Source of the DNA: Dehalococcoidia bacterium
GTDB lineage: Bacteria > Chloroflexota > Dehalococcoidia > UBA6926
Assembly (NCBI GenBank): GCA_965207115.1
Contig: CBDBLR010000003.1
Coordinates: 224,563-288,562, forward strand
DNA length: 64,000 bases
Direction of reading: 5' to 3'
This document shows, piece by piece, positions 43,173 through 52,305 of the stretch. Within the stretch, counting starts at the first letter, position 1. Every line of letters starts with the position of its first letter. A program made the position numbers and the translations under genes. The notes under the pieces were generated by a model. That model was given only the letters and a program-made list of their open reading frames with translations, made no database searches and was not told the DNA's origin.

Positions 43173-45479
43173 ATGGCTCCAATGCCAATTTTTCGATACG
43201 GCCGATGGGATAATTCGCAGGAACCTTTCGGCACCGCGCCGGAAGACCTGATGGAGGCCATCTCGGACGACCTCGCCACCCATGGCGATATTCGACGTGC
43301 CCTGCGCCGCATGATGATGCGCGGCTTTGATGGCCAGGACGGCCGCAATATCGACGGCATCCGCCAGATGACTGAGCGCCTCCGCCAGCAGCGGCAAGAC
43401 TACATGGACCGCTATGATCTCAACTCCGTGTTGGACGGTATCCGAGAGAAACTGCAGGAGATTCGCGACCTCGAGCGAGACACTCTCGGGCAGCGGATGC
43501 AGGAAGCGCGTGAGGCTATGGGCGACTCACCTGACGCCGATCAGGATGGGGGAAACGCGCCATCAGAATCACAGAACGGCCAATCCGCCCAGCAGGACTC
43601 CGATAACACGCAGCCCGGCTCAGGCCGGCAGGCGGCGGAGGAAGAGCTACAGCGATTTCTCGAGCAGCTTGAGCGGGAACTAGGTTCCCGCAAGGACCAG
43701 GAAAACTCTGACTCCGATTCAGACTCGGGACAGCAGTCAGGCGACCAGTCCGGTGGCGAGCAGGGCGACCAACAGCAGGGCGCGGGGCAGCGCTCACAGC
43801 GTGGGCAGGGCATGGACCGCATGACGGCTCAGGCACTGGAGAACATGGCCCAGCGCAAGATGGACTTCATGGAGTCGTTGCCGAACGATCCCGGCGGCGC
43901 CATCAAGGAACTCAGCGATTACGACTTCATGGATGAAGAGGCGCGGGAGAAGTTCCAGGAACTGATGGATTCACTGCGGCAGCAGGCATCGCAGTCCTAC
44001 ATGCAGAACATGATGCAGCAGATGCAGAACATCACGCCTGAGCAGATGGAAGCGAGCAGGCAGATGATGCGCGATCTGAACGACATGCTGCGCGATTACG
44101 CCCAGGGCAACCAGCCGAACTTTGATGAGTTCATGCAGAAGTGGGGCAGCATGTTCGGGGACGACCCGCCTCGCAACATCGAGGAATTGCTCGATCGCCT
44201 GATGGAGCAGATGTCGCAGTTCCAATCGCTCATGGACAGCCTGCCGGAGGAGATGCGGCAGCAGCTGCAGGAGACCATGGAGGCGGCGCTCAATGACCCT
44301 GAACTGATGCAGGAGATGGCGGAACTCTCGTCGCTCATGGAATCCCTGATGCCCATGCAGGAGATGCGGCAGAACTATCCGTTCGCCGGTGATGAGTCTC
44401 TGTCGCTGCAAGAAGCCATGCGTCTGATGGACCAGCTGCAGCAGATTGATGATCTTGAGGCACAGCTACGGGGCGCAGAGCGCCGGGGCGACATCGACGA
44501 AATCGACCGTGAGCAGGTGGAGAATCTCATCGGTGAGGATGCCGCGCGCGATCTTGATTGGCTCCGCCAACTGCAAGAGCAGCTCGAAAAGGCAGGCTAC
44601 ATCCGCAAGAACGGCGACAAGCTGGAACTGACGCCCCGTGGCATCAGAAAGATCGGTGAGAAGGCTCTCAAGGACATCTTCAACAGGCTGCGGAGCGCCG
44701 GAATCGGCGCGCATGAGATGCGCAAAAACGGCCTCTTCGGCGAGAAGGACGAGGAGTCCACGAAGATCTGTGAATTCGGGGATCACTTTGACGTCCACAT
44801 GTCGCGGACGGTGAAGAACGCCGTCATGCGGAGCGGCCCCGGTACCCCACTTACAATTGCCCCCGATGATTTTGAGGTCTATCGCGACGAGGCGCTGACG
44901 CAGGCGAGCACGGTGATCCTGCTCGACCAAAGCCGGTCAATGGCAATCAGCGGCAGCTTCGATGCCGCCAAGCGCATGGCGCTGGCCCTCCACACGCTCA
45001 TCAAGATGCAGTTCCCTCGCGACAACCTGTACGTGGTCGGTTTCGCCGACTATGCGTGGGAGCTCAAGGGAGATGAGCTGATCAAGGCCACGTGGGGCGG
45101 CTATTCACCCGGCACCAACATGCAGCACGCGCTGATGATTTCACGCCAGCTGCTCAACAAGCACCGCTCCAGCACGCGGCAGGTGATCATGGTTACGGAT
45201 GGCGAGCCGACGGCCCACCTTGAGAATGGCGTCCCCTATTTCACATACCCGCCCAGCCAGCGCACCATCGATATGACGCTGCGTGAGGTCAAGCGCTGCA
45301 CGCAGGAGGGCATCACCATCAACGTCTTCATGCTGGAGATGGCGTATTACCTGGTCAACTTCGTGCGGCAGATGACACGGCTGAATCGTGGTCGCGCCTT
45401 CTTCACCCAGCCTGACAAGCTGGGGCAGTACGTGCTTGTCGATTATCTCAACAACAAGCGCAGCGCCATCGCGTCCTGA
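43173..45479 (+). CDS. von Willebrand factor A domain protein with a long acidic/Gln-rich coiled region (COG4867-like)
   Basis: N-terminal FRYGRWDNSQEPF, and a C-terminal MIDAS-type motif ILLDQSRSMAISGS...VIMVTDGEPTAH. Confidence 0.8.
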   Translation: MAPMPIFRYGRWDNSQEPFGTAPEDLMEAISDDLATHGDIRRALRRMMMRGFDGQDGRNIDGIRQMTERLRQQRQDYMDRYDLNSVLDGIREKLQEIRDLERDTLGQRMQEAREAMGDSPDADQDGGNAPSESQNGQSAQQDSDNTQPGSGRQAAEEELQRFLEQLERELGSRKDQENSDSDSDSGQQSGDQSGGEQGDQQQGAGQRSQRGQGMDRMTAQALENMAQRKMDFMESLPNDPGGAIKELSDYDFMDEEAREKFQELMDSLRQQASQSYMQNMMQQMQNITPEQMEASRQMMRDLNDMLRDYAQGNQPNFDEFMQKWGSMFGDDPPRNIEELLDRLMEQMSQFQSLMDSLPEEMRQQLQETMEAALNDPELMQEMAELSSLMESLMPMQEMRQNYPFAGDESLSLQEAMRLMDQLQQIDDLEAQLRGAERRGDIDEIDREQVENLIGEDAARDLDWLRQLQEQLEKAGYIRKNGDKLELTPRGIRKIGEKALKDIFNRLRSAGIGAHEMRKNGLFGEKDEESTKICEFGDHFDVHMSRTVKNAVMRSGPGTPLTIAPDDFEVYRDEALTQASTVILLDQSRSMAISGSFDAAKRMALALHTLIKMQFPRDNLYVVGFADYAWELKGDELIKATWGGYSPGTNMQHALMISRQLLNKHRSSTRQVIMVTDGEPTAHLENGVPYFTYPPSQRTIDMTLREVKRCTQEGITINVFMLEMAYYLVNFVRQMTRLNRGRAFFTQPDKLGQYVLVDYLNNKRSAIAS

Positions 45480-45508
45480 GGCCCGTTCTTCACCTCGCGT
45501 ATTACGGT

Positions 45509-46333
45509 ATGACTAACGGAGCAGAGTCTGATCTAAGTCGTATTGCCGCCGCGTTGGAAGAGTCCGCCGAGCTTGCCAGCACGTTCTCGCCGTCCTCCGT
45601 GTATGTGCAGCACAAGGGTTGGGACGGCCCGGTTACTGAAGCCGACCACGCCCTCGATGAACAGTTACACAAGGCTCTCGTTCGCCCCGGGGAAGGGTGG
45701 TTGTCTGAAGAAACCCATGATGATGGGCATCGCATCGGCATGGAGCGCGTGTGGGTGGTCGATCCCATCGACGGTACCAGGGGCTTCCTGGCGGGACGGC
45801 CTGAATGGTGCGTATCAGTCGGGTTGTCTGTAGACGGGGAAATCACTGCCGCAGGAATCCTGAATCCGTGGGCCAATGAGTCCTATCTGGCAGAACGCGG
45901 CGGCGCGGCCACACTGAACGGCGAAACCGCGCAGACCAATGACCATGAAGAACTGTCTTCTGATGTCACGATTCTTGCGTCGCACAGCGAGGTTCGATGG
46001 GGGATGTGGAATCGCTTTCGAGGCGGATCCTTCAAGGTGCGAACACTCGGCTCCATCGCGTACAAAATGGCGCTTGTTGCCGCGGGCAAGGCGGACGCCG
46101 TTATCAGCCTTGAACCAAAGAATGAATGGGACGTTGCCGCCGGCGCATTGCTTGTAGAGGCGGCGGGCGGCGTGGTGACGGACGCGGATGGACAACCCAT
46201 GCAGTTCAATCGGCGGGACACGCTGGTTGACGGTGTTATCGCGGCGGGGCCGAATACCCATGCCGCAATCCGGGAGTTGATGAACCGCCGCCCCGCAACG
46301 TCCACGCATCTCTGGACTCCGGGGCACCACTAG
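45509..46333 (+). CDS. Inositol monophosphatase / CysQ-family phosphatase
   Basis: LSEET...WVVDPIDGTRGF...WDVAAG. Confidence 0.85.
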   Translation: MTNGAESDLSRIAAALEESAELASTFSPSSVYVQHKGWDGPVTEADHALDEQLHKALVRPGEGWLSEETHDDGHRIGMERVWVVDPIDGTRGFLAGRPEWCVSVGLSVDGEITAAGILNPWANESYLAERGGAATLNGETAQTNDHEELSSDVTILASHSEVRWGMWNRFRGGSFKVRTLGSIAYKMALVAAGKADAVISLEPKNEWDVAAGALLVEAAGGVVTDADGQPMQFNRRDTLVDGVIAAGPNTHAAIRELMNRRPATSTHLWTPGHH

Positions 46334-46375
46334 TAAACGCCCCCACGGGCCGTCACGCCATTAGCGTCAAGTGGT

Positions 46376-46612
46376 TCAAGTGATGCCGTTGTGTGTGTGG
46401 CCGGCGTGGCCGCCGCCATCGCCACCCATGCCGGGGAATCCAAAACCGAGGTCCGAGCCGCCGCTCGTCATGCCGAACAGCGATATGACTTTGTGCGTAT
46501 CGGTAGAACCGCAGCCCGGGCATTCCACCTCGCCCGGCTCTGCGTTGATGCTGCGGGTCAGTTTCTCAAAACGACCGTCACAGCCGTGGCATTCGTATTC
46601 AAAGAGGGGCAT
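46376..46612 (-). CDS. FmdB-family zinc-ribbon protein
   Basis: MPLFEYECHGCDGRFE...VECPGCGS (CxxC...CxxC). Confidence 0.8.
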   Translation of the reverse strand: MPLFEYECHGCDGRFEKLTRSINAEPGEVECPGCGSTDTHKVISLFGMTSGGSDLGFGFPGMGGDGGGHAGHTHNGIT

Positions 46613-46659
46613 CGCTCAGGCCCGCCGCGTCCCTGCCTATATCCGCAGTACGCTTCAGA

Positions 46660-46890
46660 TTAGGCGATGCAGCGGAACGGGTCGTCCGGCCGTACGCGCT
46701 GGGGCTTCGGCATCTCAAATTGGGGGGCGTTGCTCTGCCAGACGCCCGTGACGCCGACGGCGGACATCTTGCGCTCGACCTCCTCGCTCTCGCAGGAGGG
46801 GCATGTCACACCGACAGGCGTGTTGTAGCCGCGAATGAACTTGTCAAAGCCGTTTCCGCAAGTCTTGCAGCCGTATTCAAAGATGGGCAT
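46660..46890 (-). CDS. FmdB-family zinc-ribbon protein; tandem paralog
   Basis: MPIFEYGCKTCGNGFD...VTCPSCES. Confidence 0.8.
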   Translation of the reverse strand: MPIFEYGCKTCGNGFDKFIRGYNTPVGVTCPSCESEEVERKMSAVGVTGVWQSNAPQFEMPKPQRVRPDDPFRCIA

Positions 46891-46944
46891 TTTCCCTGTG
46901 CCTCCGTGTAGCGGATTATAGTCGCCCTAACCCTTAGCGGCAAC

Positions 46945-48018
46945 TCACTCCCGCGGGAAGACGGGCAGGGGATGGCCGGGGGTGATGCGGAGACTGACTC
47001 GCGCCCCAACCTCTATAGCGGTTGCGTGGGAGGCCATGGCGCGGCACACAACCCCGGAATCCAATTCCACGTTGTAGGCGTAGAATGCTCCATTGAAAAT
47101 CCGCCCAACAACGCGACCGTTTCCTATGTCATCCGGGCTGATGGACAGGTCTTCCGGCCTCACCATCAAGTCCATGTCGGCCTCGCCATCAAGTGTCAGC
47201 GTGCTGCTCACTTCCGCCTCCCCCAGCTCCGTCAGCACCCGCGATTCAACTGCCGTCGGCTCCGCGGGAATGAAGTCGGCCTCACCGAGGAACGCAGCGA
47301 CGAACCGGTTGACGGGGCGATGGAACGCCATGTCCGGCGCTCCGACCTGTTGGATGCGACCTCGATCCATGACAGCGATGACATCGCCCATGGACAGCGC
47401 CGCCTCCTGGTCATGCGTCACGAACACCACCGTGATGCCCGCTTCATGCAGGATTTCACGTACCTCCAGTTGCAAGCGAGCGCTCAGGTTGGGATCAAGG
47501 TTCGAGAACGGCTCATCCATCAGGAGAACCTTGGGGGAAGGCGCTAGAGCGCGGGCAAGCGCCACCCTCTGCCTCTCGCCGCCGGAGAGTTCATGAGGGC
47601 GGCGGTTGCGGCGGTCAGAAAGGTTGACGAGATCGAGCAACTCATCGATGCGCTGTTCGCGGTTGGGGGCGTCGCGCTGCAAGCCGTAGGCGATGTTGGA
47701 TTCCACCGTCATGTGCGGGAAGAGGGCATAGTCCTGGAACACAAAGCCCACGCTGCGGTGTTCCGGCTGCACAAAGACGCCTCTCCCCGTGACCGTTCGG
47801 CCATCGACCTCGATTGCTCCTTCATCCGGGCTTTCCAGCCCCGCAATGGCGCGCAACAGCGTGGTCTTGCCACAGCCGCTTGGGCCGACGAGCGCAAGGA
47901 TCTGCCCCTCGGTAACTTCAAGAGAAACATCGTGTGCCCCCGCGCCGGAGGGCGCGTATTGCTTCGTCACACCGGCGCAGCGGAGCATGACGCGGGGCGA
48001 CTGTTGGATGGTTGTCAT
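46945..48018 (-). CDS. ABC transporter ATP-binding protein (FbpC/PotA-like)
   Basis: Walker A GPSGCGKTT, signature LSGGERQRVALARAL, and Walker B LLMDEPFS. Confidence 0.9.
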   Translation of the reverse strand: MTTIQQSPRVMLRCAGVTKQYAPSGAGAHDVSLEVTEGQILALVGPSGCGKTTLLRAIAGLESPDEGAIEVDGRTVTGRGVFVQPEHRSVGFVFQDYALFPHMTVESNIAYGLQRDAPNREQRIDELLDLVNLSDRRNRRPHELSGGERQRVALARALAPSPKVLLMDEPFSNLDPNLSARLQLEVREILHEAGITVVFVTHDQEAALSMGDVIAVMDRGRIQQVGAPDMAFHRPVNRFVAAFLGEADFIPAEPTAVESRVLTELGEAEVSSTLTLDGEADMDLMVRPEDLSISPDDIGNGRVVGRIFNGAFYAYNVELDSGVVCRAMASHATAIEVGARVSLRITPGHPLPVFPRE

Positions 48019-49646
48019 GCGTGTTGGCTCCTGCCTCGGCCGATAAGGAAGAACATCGGAACTGCGGAAATCGCGATGAGCAACAGGGCGGGCAGGGCAG
48101 CACGAGCGAAGTACGCCTCCGAGCTCGCGGCCCAGATTGTCGTTCCCAAACTGCTGAAATCAAGCGGGCTCAAGAGCAAGGTCGCAGGAAGCTCCTTCAT
48201 CGCCGTGAGGAATACCAGCGCGCCTCCGGCGAGGATGCCGGGGCGCAGCAAAGGCACTGTAATTGTACGGAAAACCGTGAGTGGACGATGGCCAAGTGTC
48301 CGTCCCGCCTCCTCCACACGGGGATTGACTTGCAACAGTGATGTCCGCAACGGCCCTATCGCAATCGGCAGGAATAATATGACGTAGGCCATGACCAGCA
48401 TGACATGCGTCTGGTAGAGCGCGGGGGCGAGCCTCGAGCCGAAGAAGACGAGCGCGAGTGCAATGACGATTCCGGGGAGGGCAAAGCCGACGTGGCTTAT
48501 GCGGTCGATCAACATGCTGAAGCGTCCCGGGAATCGCACGGCAAGAACCACGACGGGCAGGGCGACGAAGACCCCGGCGATCGCTGCCAACGACGATACC
48601 AACGCCGAATTGATTGCCGGACCCCAAACCGCGCTCAGCTCTTCTCCCGCTCCAATACCGCGAACCAGCCAGAACAACAGGACGGCCATCGGGACAAGCA
48701 GCGCAAAGACGCCGACGAGCGAACACAGCCCCAACGCCGGATACTTCCACGGACCGAGCGGGACGGACGGCGAGTCCGCTCCGCCCATCTCCGCCTGATG
48801 TGTCTCCTCCATGGGGCGGTCGCCGTGGGCCGTCGTTTCCGTCAGGAAAAGCACAACGGCAAGCCCGACCAGGACAAGCGAGAGTGCCGCCGCAGCCGTG
48901 CGATCAACATAGCTCGTGTATTGGAGGTAGATCGCCCACGTGAATGTCTCATAGCGCATCAGGGACACCGCGCCGAAGTCGCTGATTGTATAGAGAGCCA
49001 CCAAGAGACTCCCGGAGGCCAGCGCGGGCCGCATCTGCGGCAGGGTTACGCGGAGGAACGTCTCCCAGGGCCCCTTGCCCAGGGTGCGGGAGGCTTCTTC
49101 CAGAGCGCGCCCCGAACCACGCAGTGCCGCACGGACTGTCAACAGCGTGTACGGGTACGACACGAGAATGAGCACGATGGCCGCCCCCGGCAGGCCGTAG
49201 AACGACGGTATCTCTTCGATGCCGAACGGCTCGGCGAAGATTCTCTGGACCATGCCCCGCGGAGCGAAGACGGAAATGAACAGGAACGCCATGATGTAGC
49301 TGGGGATGACGAGCGGGAGCACCGTCACGATGCTCCACAACCGCCTGAACGGCAGATCCGTGCGCTCGATAAGCCAGCCCAGAGCCAACGCGAGCACAGC
49401 TGATCCGCCGGAGACAATGATGACGAGCGCCATACTGCGCACGATGATTGCCGCCGTTCTTGGGCGAAACAGGAGGTCTGCCAGCGAATCCAGACCTGCG
49501 TCGAGGGTCCGAATAAACAGGTAGATGATGGGCAAGAGCAGGGCAAGGCCGATGATGGACGTCGTGAGGCTGAGCGTGAACGGCGGCCAGCGTCGTTGAC
49601 GCCGGATCGCCCGGAGCCGTTGGATGCCGGCCGCCGTCCCACTCAT
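48015..49646 (-). CDS. ABC transporter permease, duplicated-domain Fe(III)-type (FbpB-like)
   Basis: 543 aa with about 12 TM segments and two permease halves. Overlaps both neighbouring genes. Confidence 0.9.
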   Translation of the reverse strand: MSGTAAGIQRLRAIRRQRRWPPFTLSLTTSIIGLALLLPIIYLFIRTLDAGLDSLADLLFRPRTAAIIVRSMALVIIVSGGSAVLALALGWLIERTDLPFRRLWSIVTVLPLVIPSYIMAFLFISVFAPRGMVQRIFAEPFGIEEIPSFYGLPGAAIVLILVSYPYTLLTVRAALRGSGRALEEASRTLGKGPWETFLRVTLPQMRPALASGSLLVALYTISDFGAVSLMRYETFTWAIYLQYTSYVDRTAAAALSLVLVGLAVVLFLTETTAHGDRPMEETHQAEMGGADSPSVPLGPWKYPALGLCSLVGVFALLVPMAVLLFWLVRGIGAGEELSAVWGPAINSALVSSLAAIAGVFVALPVVVLAVRFPGRFSMLIDRISHVGFALPGIVIALALVFFGSRLAPALYQTHVMLVMAYVILFLPIAIGPLRTSLLQVNPRVEEAGRTLGHRPLTVFRTITVPLLRPGILAGGALVFLTAMKELPATLLLSPLDFSSLGTTIWAASSEAYFARAALPALLLIAISAVPMFFLIGRGRSQHA

Positions 49647-50701
49647 TACGGAAGGATTCCCGTGTCGCGGAGCAGGTCGACCGTGCCTTCAAGGTCTCCC
49701 AGGTCCGCCATGTCGATCTGCGGAGCGTTGATCTCATCCAGTGGAGTCAACAGCCGGTTCACGTTTACTCCCTCAACGAGGGGGTATTCGTATGTCTGCC
49801 CGGCGAAGTATTGCTGCGCGACGGTGGACAGCAGGAACTCGATGAATCGAATCGCGTTGTCGCTGTTCTCCGCGCCGTCCAGCACACCGGCCCCCGCTAC
49901 AAGGATGATGGAGCCCGGCCCGCCGCCGTCCAGATGGGCGTTCCGCGCGGCAAATTCCTCACCCTCTTCCGCAAGGAAACGGTACAGGTAGTAGTGGTTG
50001 ACGAATCCGATGTCGATCTCACCTGCGCCGGCGGCTGCCACGGTAGGGGTGTTCTTGGGGTAGATGGTCGGGTTATTGGCCTGGATTCCTTCAAGCCACG
50101 CCCGTGTCTCCTCCTCGCCCCACGTCACCCGCATGGCCGTTACCATCGCCTGGAATGAACCGTTGGTGGGCGGCCAGCCGATGCGGCCCTCCCACTCCGG
50201 ATCTGTGAAGCCGCGCAGGTCGCTTGGCAGGTCGTCCGGGGAAACCCGCTCGGTGTTGTAGACGATGACGCGCGCGCGGCCCGATAGTCCGATCCACTTG
50301 CCGTCCGGCGAACGGAAATTGGCTGGAACACGATCCAGCACATCACCCGGCAGTGTGGCAAACATGGACTCCACTGCGGCAAGCCCACCGGGGTCTTGCG
50401 CGAAGAAGATGTCCGCGGGCGAGTTCTCGCCCTCCTCAAGGATGGTGGCGGCTATCTCCGAGGTGCTGCCGTACTTGACGCTAACATCGATGCCGCTCGC
50501 CTCTGCGAATTGCTCGATAAGCGGCGCGACGAGGCTCTCGCTCCGACCGGAATAGACGACTAACTCGCCGTTGCTTTCTGTGCTGGACGCGCTCGAATCG
50601 GTAGTGGATTCAGGCGTTGACGTAGGATCGGAATCCGCTTGGCACGCGGCTGCCGAAAGAAGAGTCAGGACTCCAATGAGTCCGATAAGTAATCGGGAAA
50701 T
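49646..50701 (-). CDS. Fe(III)-type ABC substrate-binding lipoprotein (FbpA/FutA-like); proposed ATT start
   Basis: The frame is open from 50704 with no ATG/GTG/TTG until 50374. It nevertheless encodes a signal peptide (I)SRLLIGLIGVLTLLSAAAC and a conserved ELVVYSGRSESLVAPLIEQF. GGAGGTGA lies 6 nt upstream of ATT at 50701. NHYYLY Tyr motif is present. Confidence 0.8.
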   Translation of the reverse strand: MSRLLIGLIGVLTLLSAAACQADSDPTSTPESTTDSSASSTESNGELVVYSGRSESLVAPLIEQFAEASGIDVSVKYGSTSEIAATILEEGENSPADIFFAQDPGGLAAVESMFATLPGDVLDRVPANFRSPDGKWIGLSGRARVIVYNTERVSPDDLPSDLRGFTDPEWEGRIGWPPTNGSFQAMVTAMRVTWGEEETRAWLEGIQANNPTIYPKNTPTVAAAGAGEIDIGFVNHYYLYRFLAEEGEEFAARNAHLDGGGPGSIILVAGAGVLDGAENSDNAIRFIEFLLSTVAQQYFAGQTYEYPLVEGVNVNRLLTPLDEINAPQIDMADLGDLEGTVDLLRDTGILP

Positions 50702-50710
50702 GGGTCACCT

Positions 50711-50747
50711 CCAATTGAACGAAGAAACGATTTTCAACGTCAATTGG
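50711..50747 (-). promoter_or_regulatory. Inverted repeat abutting the Shine-Dalgarno sequence of the substrate-binding-protein gene
   Basis: CCAATTGAACG...CGTCAATTGG with an AT-rich 16-nt spacer. In the mRNA, the 3' arm CAAUUGG runs directly into the SD GGAGGUGA. Confidence 0.45.
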
Positions 50748-51291
50748 AGCGTCCGGTAGTCTGGGCAGTCGATACGCCGACCGTAATCTCAGTCGGCTGC
50801 GTCGATGGGCGTGTCGGATGACGGTCGGGCCATGCACCGCCGTCTCGTGGGATGGCGTACGTTGTTCCGGAGTGGGTGTGTCGTGGCCTGTGGAAGTCTT
50901 CTCCGGGTTGTGCTGCCAGCTTCCCATCTGCGCCGGTGCGCAGGACTCCGGCGTAGGTGGGGCGATAGGACCATTTCTACGCCTGCGCGCAAGCGACGCA
51001 AGGGCAACTATGGTCCTGACACAGGCAGGTGTAACAGCGGGTGAAGCGTCGTCGGTCGGAGTCTGATTGTCGACCTCAAGGCTGAGAACGACCGGAGCGG
51101 TGCGATGTGAATCTTCGGATTGTTCGGTGGTGCGCGTCGTGAGCAATGAGGATGCCCGCAGTCGCAACAGCGTACGCGAGCAACTGATATTCAACCCGGC
51201 TGCTCCTTGCGGGGCAGCGTGGGTGGAGATGCGCTCCGGCGAGGCTGAGAGTCGAAGCTGACTCATAGCTCGCCGAGTCCACTAGCGCAGA

Positions 51292-52200
51292 TCATGAGCC
51301 CCTTTCGCGCTCTTCTCGCGCCTTGGCGGAGCGAGGGCCGAAGGGCTCCGGCTGGAATGGCTCATCCCGCTTGCGGATGAATGCGCGGAGGCCGCCCTCC
51401 TTGCGCGCTTCCTCCAGCGGGGCGGTGAATTCTTCCCTCTTGGAGACGATGACAGCGGCGGCCAACTCAGAGTTGAGCCGCATCACGTTGTGGAGGCCCA
51501 TTGTTTCAAGGCCGCGCATCGCCACTGCAAGGTTGATCTTCACTGTTTCCGGGCTGACGAGAGCGAGACGCTCAACCAGTTGAAAAGCTTCTTCAAGCGC
51601 GTCGTCCTTGGTTGGGACGACCTTGTTGACGATGCCGATGCGCAGCGCCTCCTGCGCGTCGATGTGGTCGCCGGTGAGGGCGTAGCGCAGGCCGTTCTTG
51701 TAGCCGGCGTGGTGAATCCATATGTAGTTGTCGTCAGAGATCATGCGGACTTCAACCTGCCCAAAGACGGCGTCCTCCGCCGCGATGGTGATGTGTGAGG
51801 TCAGCGCGTACCAGGAGCCGCCGCCCATGCACCAGCCGCTGACGACGGCAATGATCGGCGTGTCGATTTCATCGATGATTCGGGCGATGCGGCCGTGCTC
51901 CTTCTTCCAGAAGCGCGTGCGCCAGCGGTCAATTTCCGCCGCGATGTTGGAGCCTTCCGGTAGGCCATACGGCCAGACATAGTCCGCGCCTCCGCCTGCG
52001 ATGTCGAATCCGGCTGAAAAAGCCTGTCCCGCGCCGGTGAGCACGATGGCGCGCACTTCGGGATCGGCATCGGCGGCGTCGAGGGCGTGGTGAAGCTCAA
52101 TGTCCAACTCATCGGAGATGGCGTTCATCACCTCGGGACGGTTGAGCGTGATGAGCACGCCGTTACGCTGTTTCTCATAGAGCAGATTCTGGTAGTCCAT
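51292..52200 (-). CDS. Enoyl-CoA hydratase/isomerase family protein; paralog of 34444..35340
   Basis: MDYQNLLYEKQRNGVLITLNRPEVMNA...LTGAGQAFSAGFD. Collinear similarity to the other crotonase, including the C-terminal FQPEPFGPRSA. Confidence 0.9.
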   Translation of the reverse strand: MDYQNLLYEKQRNGVLITLNRPEVMNAISDELDIELHHALDAADADPEVRAIVLTGAGQAFSAGFDIAGGGADYVWPYGLPEGSNIAAEIDRWRTRFWKKEHGRIARIIDEIDTPIIAVVSGWCMGGGSWYALTSHITIAAEDAVFGQVEVRMISDDNYIWIHHAGYKNGLRYALTGDHIDAQEALRIGIVNKVVPTKDDALEEAFQLVERLALVSPETVKINLAVAMRGLETMGLHNVMRLNSELAAAVIVSKREEFTAPLEEARKEGGLRAFIRKRDEPFQPEPFGPRSAKAREERERGS

Positions 52201-52305
52201 ATCGCCCTTCCCCCGAATCTCGGCCCCGTCTGAACGCTAAACCGGTGACGGTGACAGTGTACCTGATTGGGCGGGTCAATCGCGATGGCGAGCCGGGGTT
52301 CTCTA

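Noticed and set aside
42910-43397. Track ORFs 42910..43188, 43038..43397 and 43106..43360 (minus strand).
   Set aside because: They overlap the 5S rRNA gene, its upstream region, or the 5' end of the vWA gene. They have no coding signature.
50750-50830. Possible TPP riboswitch, because of a CTGAGA within GCCGACTGAGATTACGGTCGGC on the minus strand upstream of an ABC importer.
   Set aside because: The flanking conserved elements are absent (the GGGG/ACCC pairing and the ACCTGATCTGGATAATGCCAGCG-like arm). The sequence is just a simple hairpin.
50610-51266. 218-aa minus-strand ORF spanning the transporter leader.
   Set aside because: Its 3' part overlaps the substrate-binding-protein signal peptide in another frame. 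Its composition is Arg/Ser/Thr/Pro-rich, and it has no Shine-Dalgarno sequence or motif.
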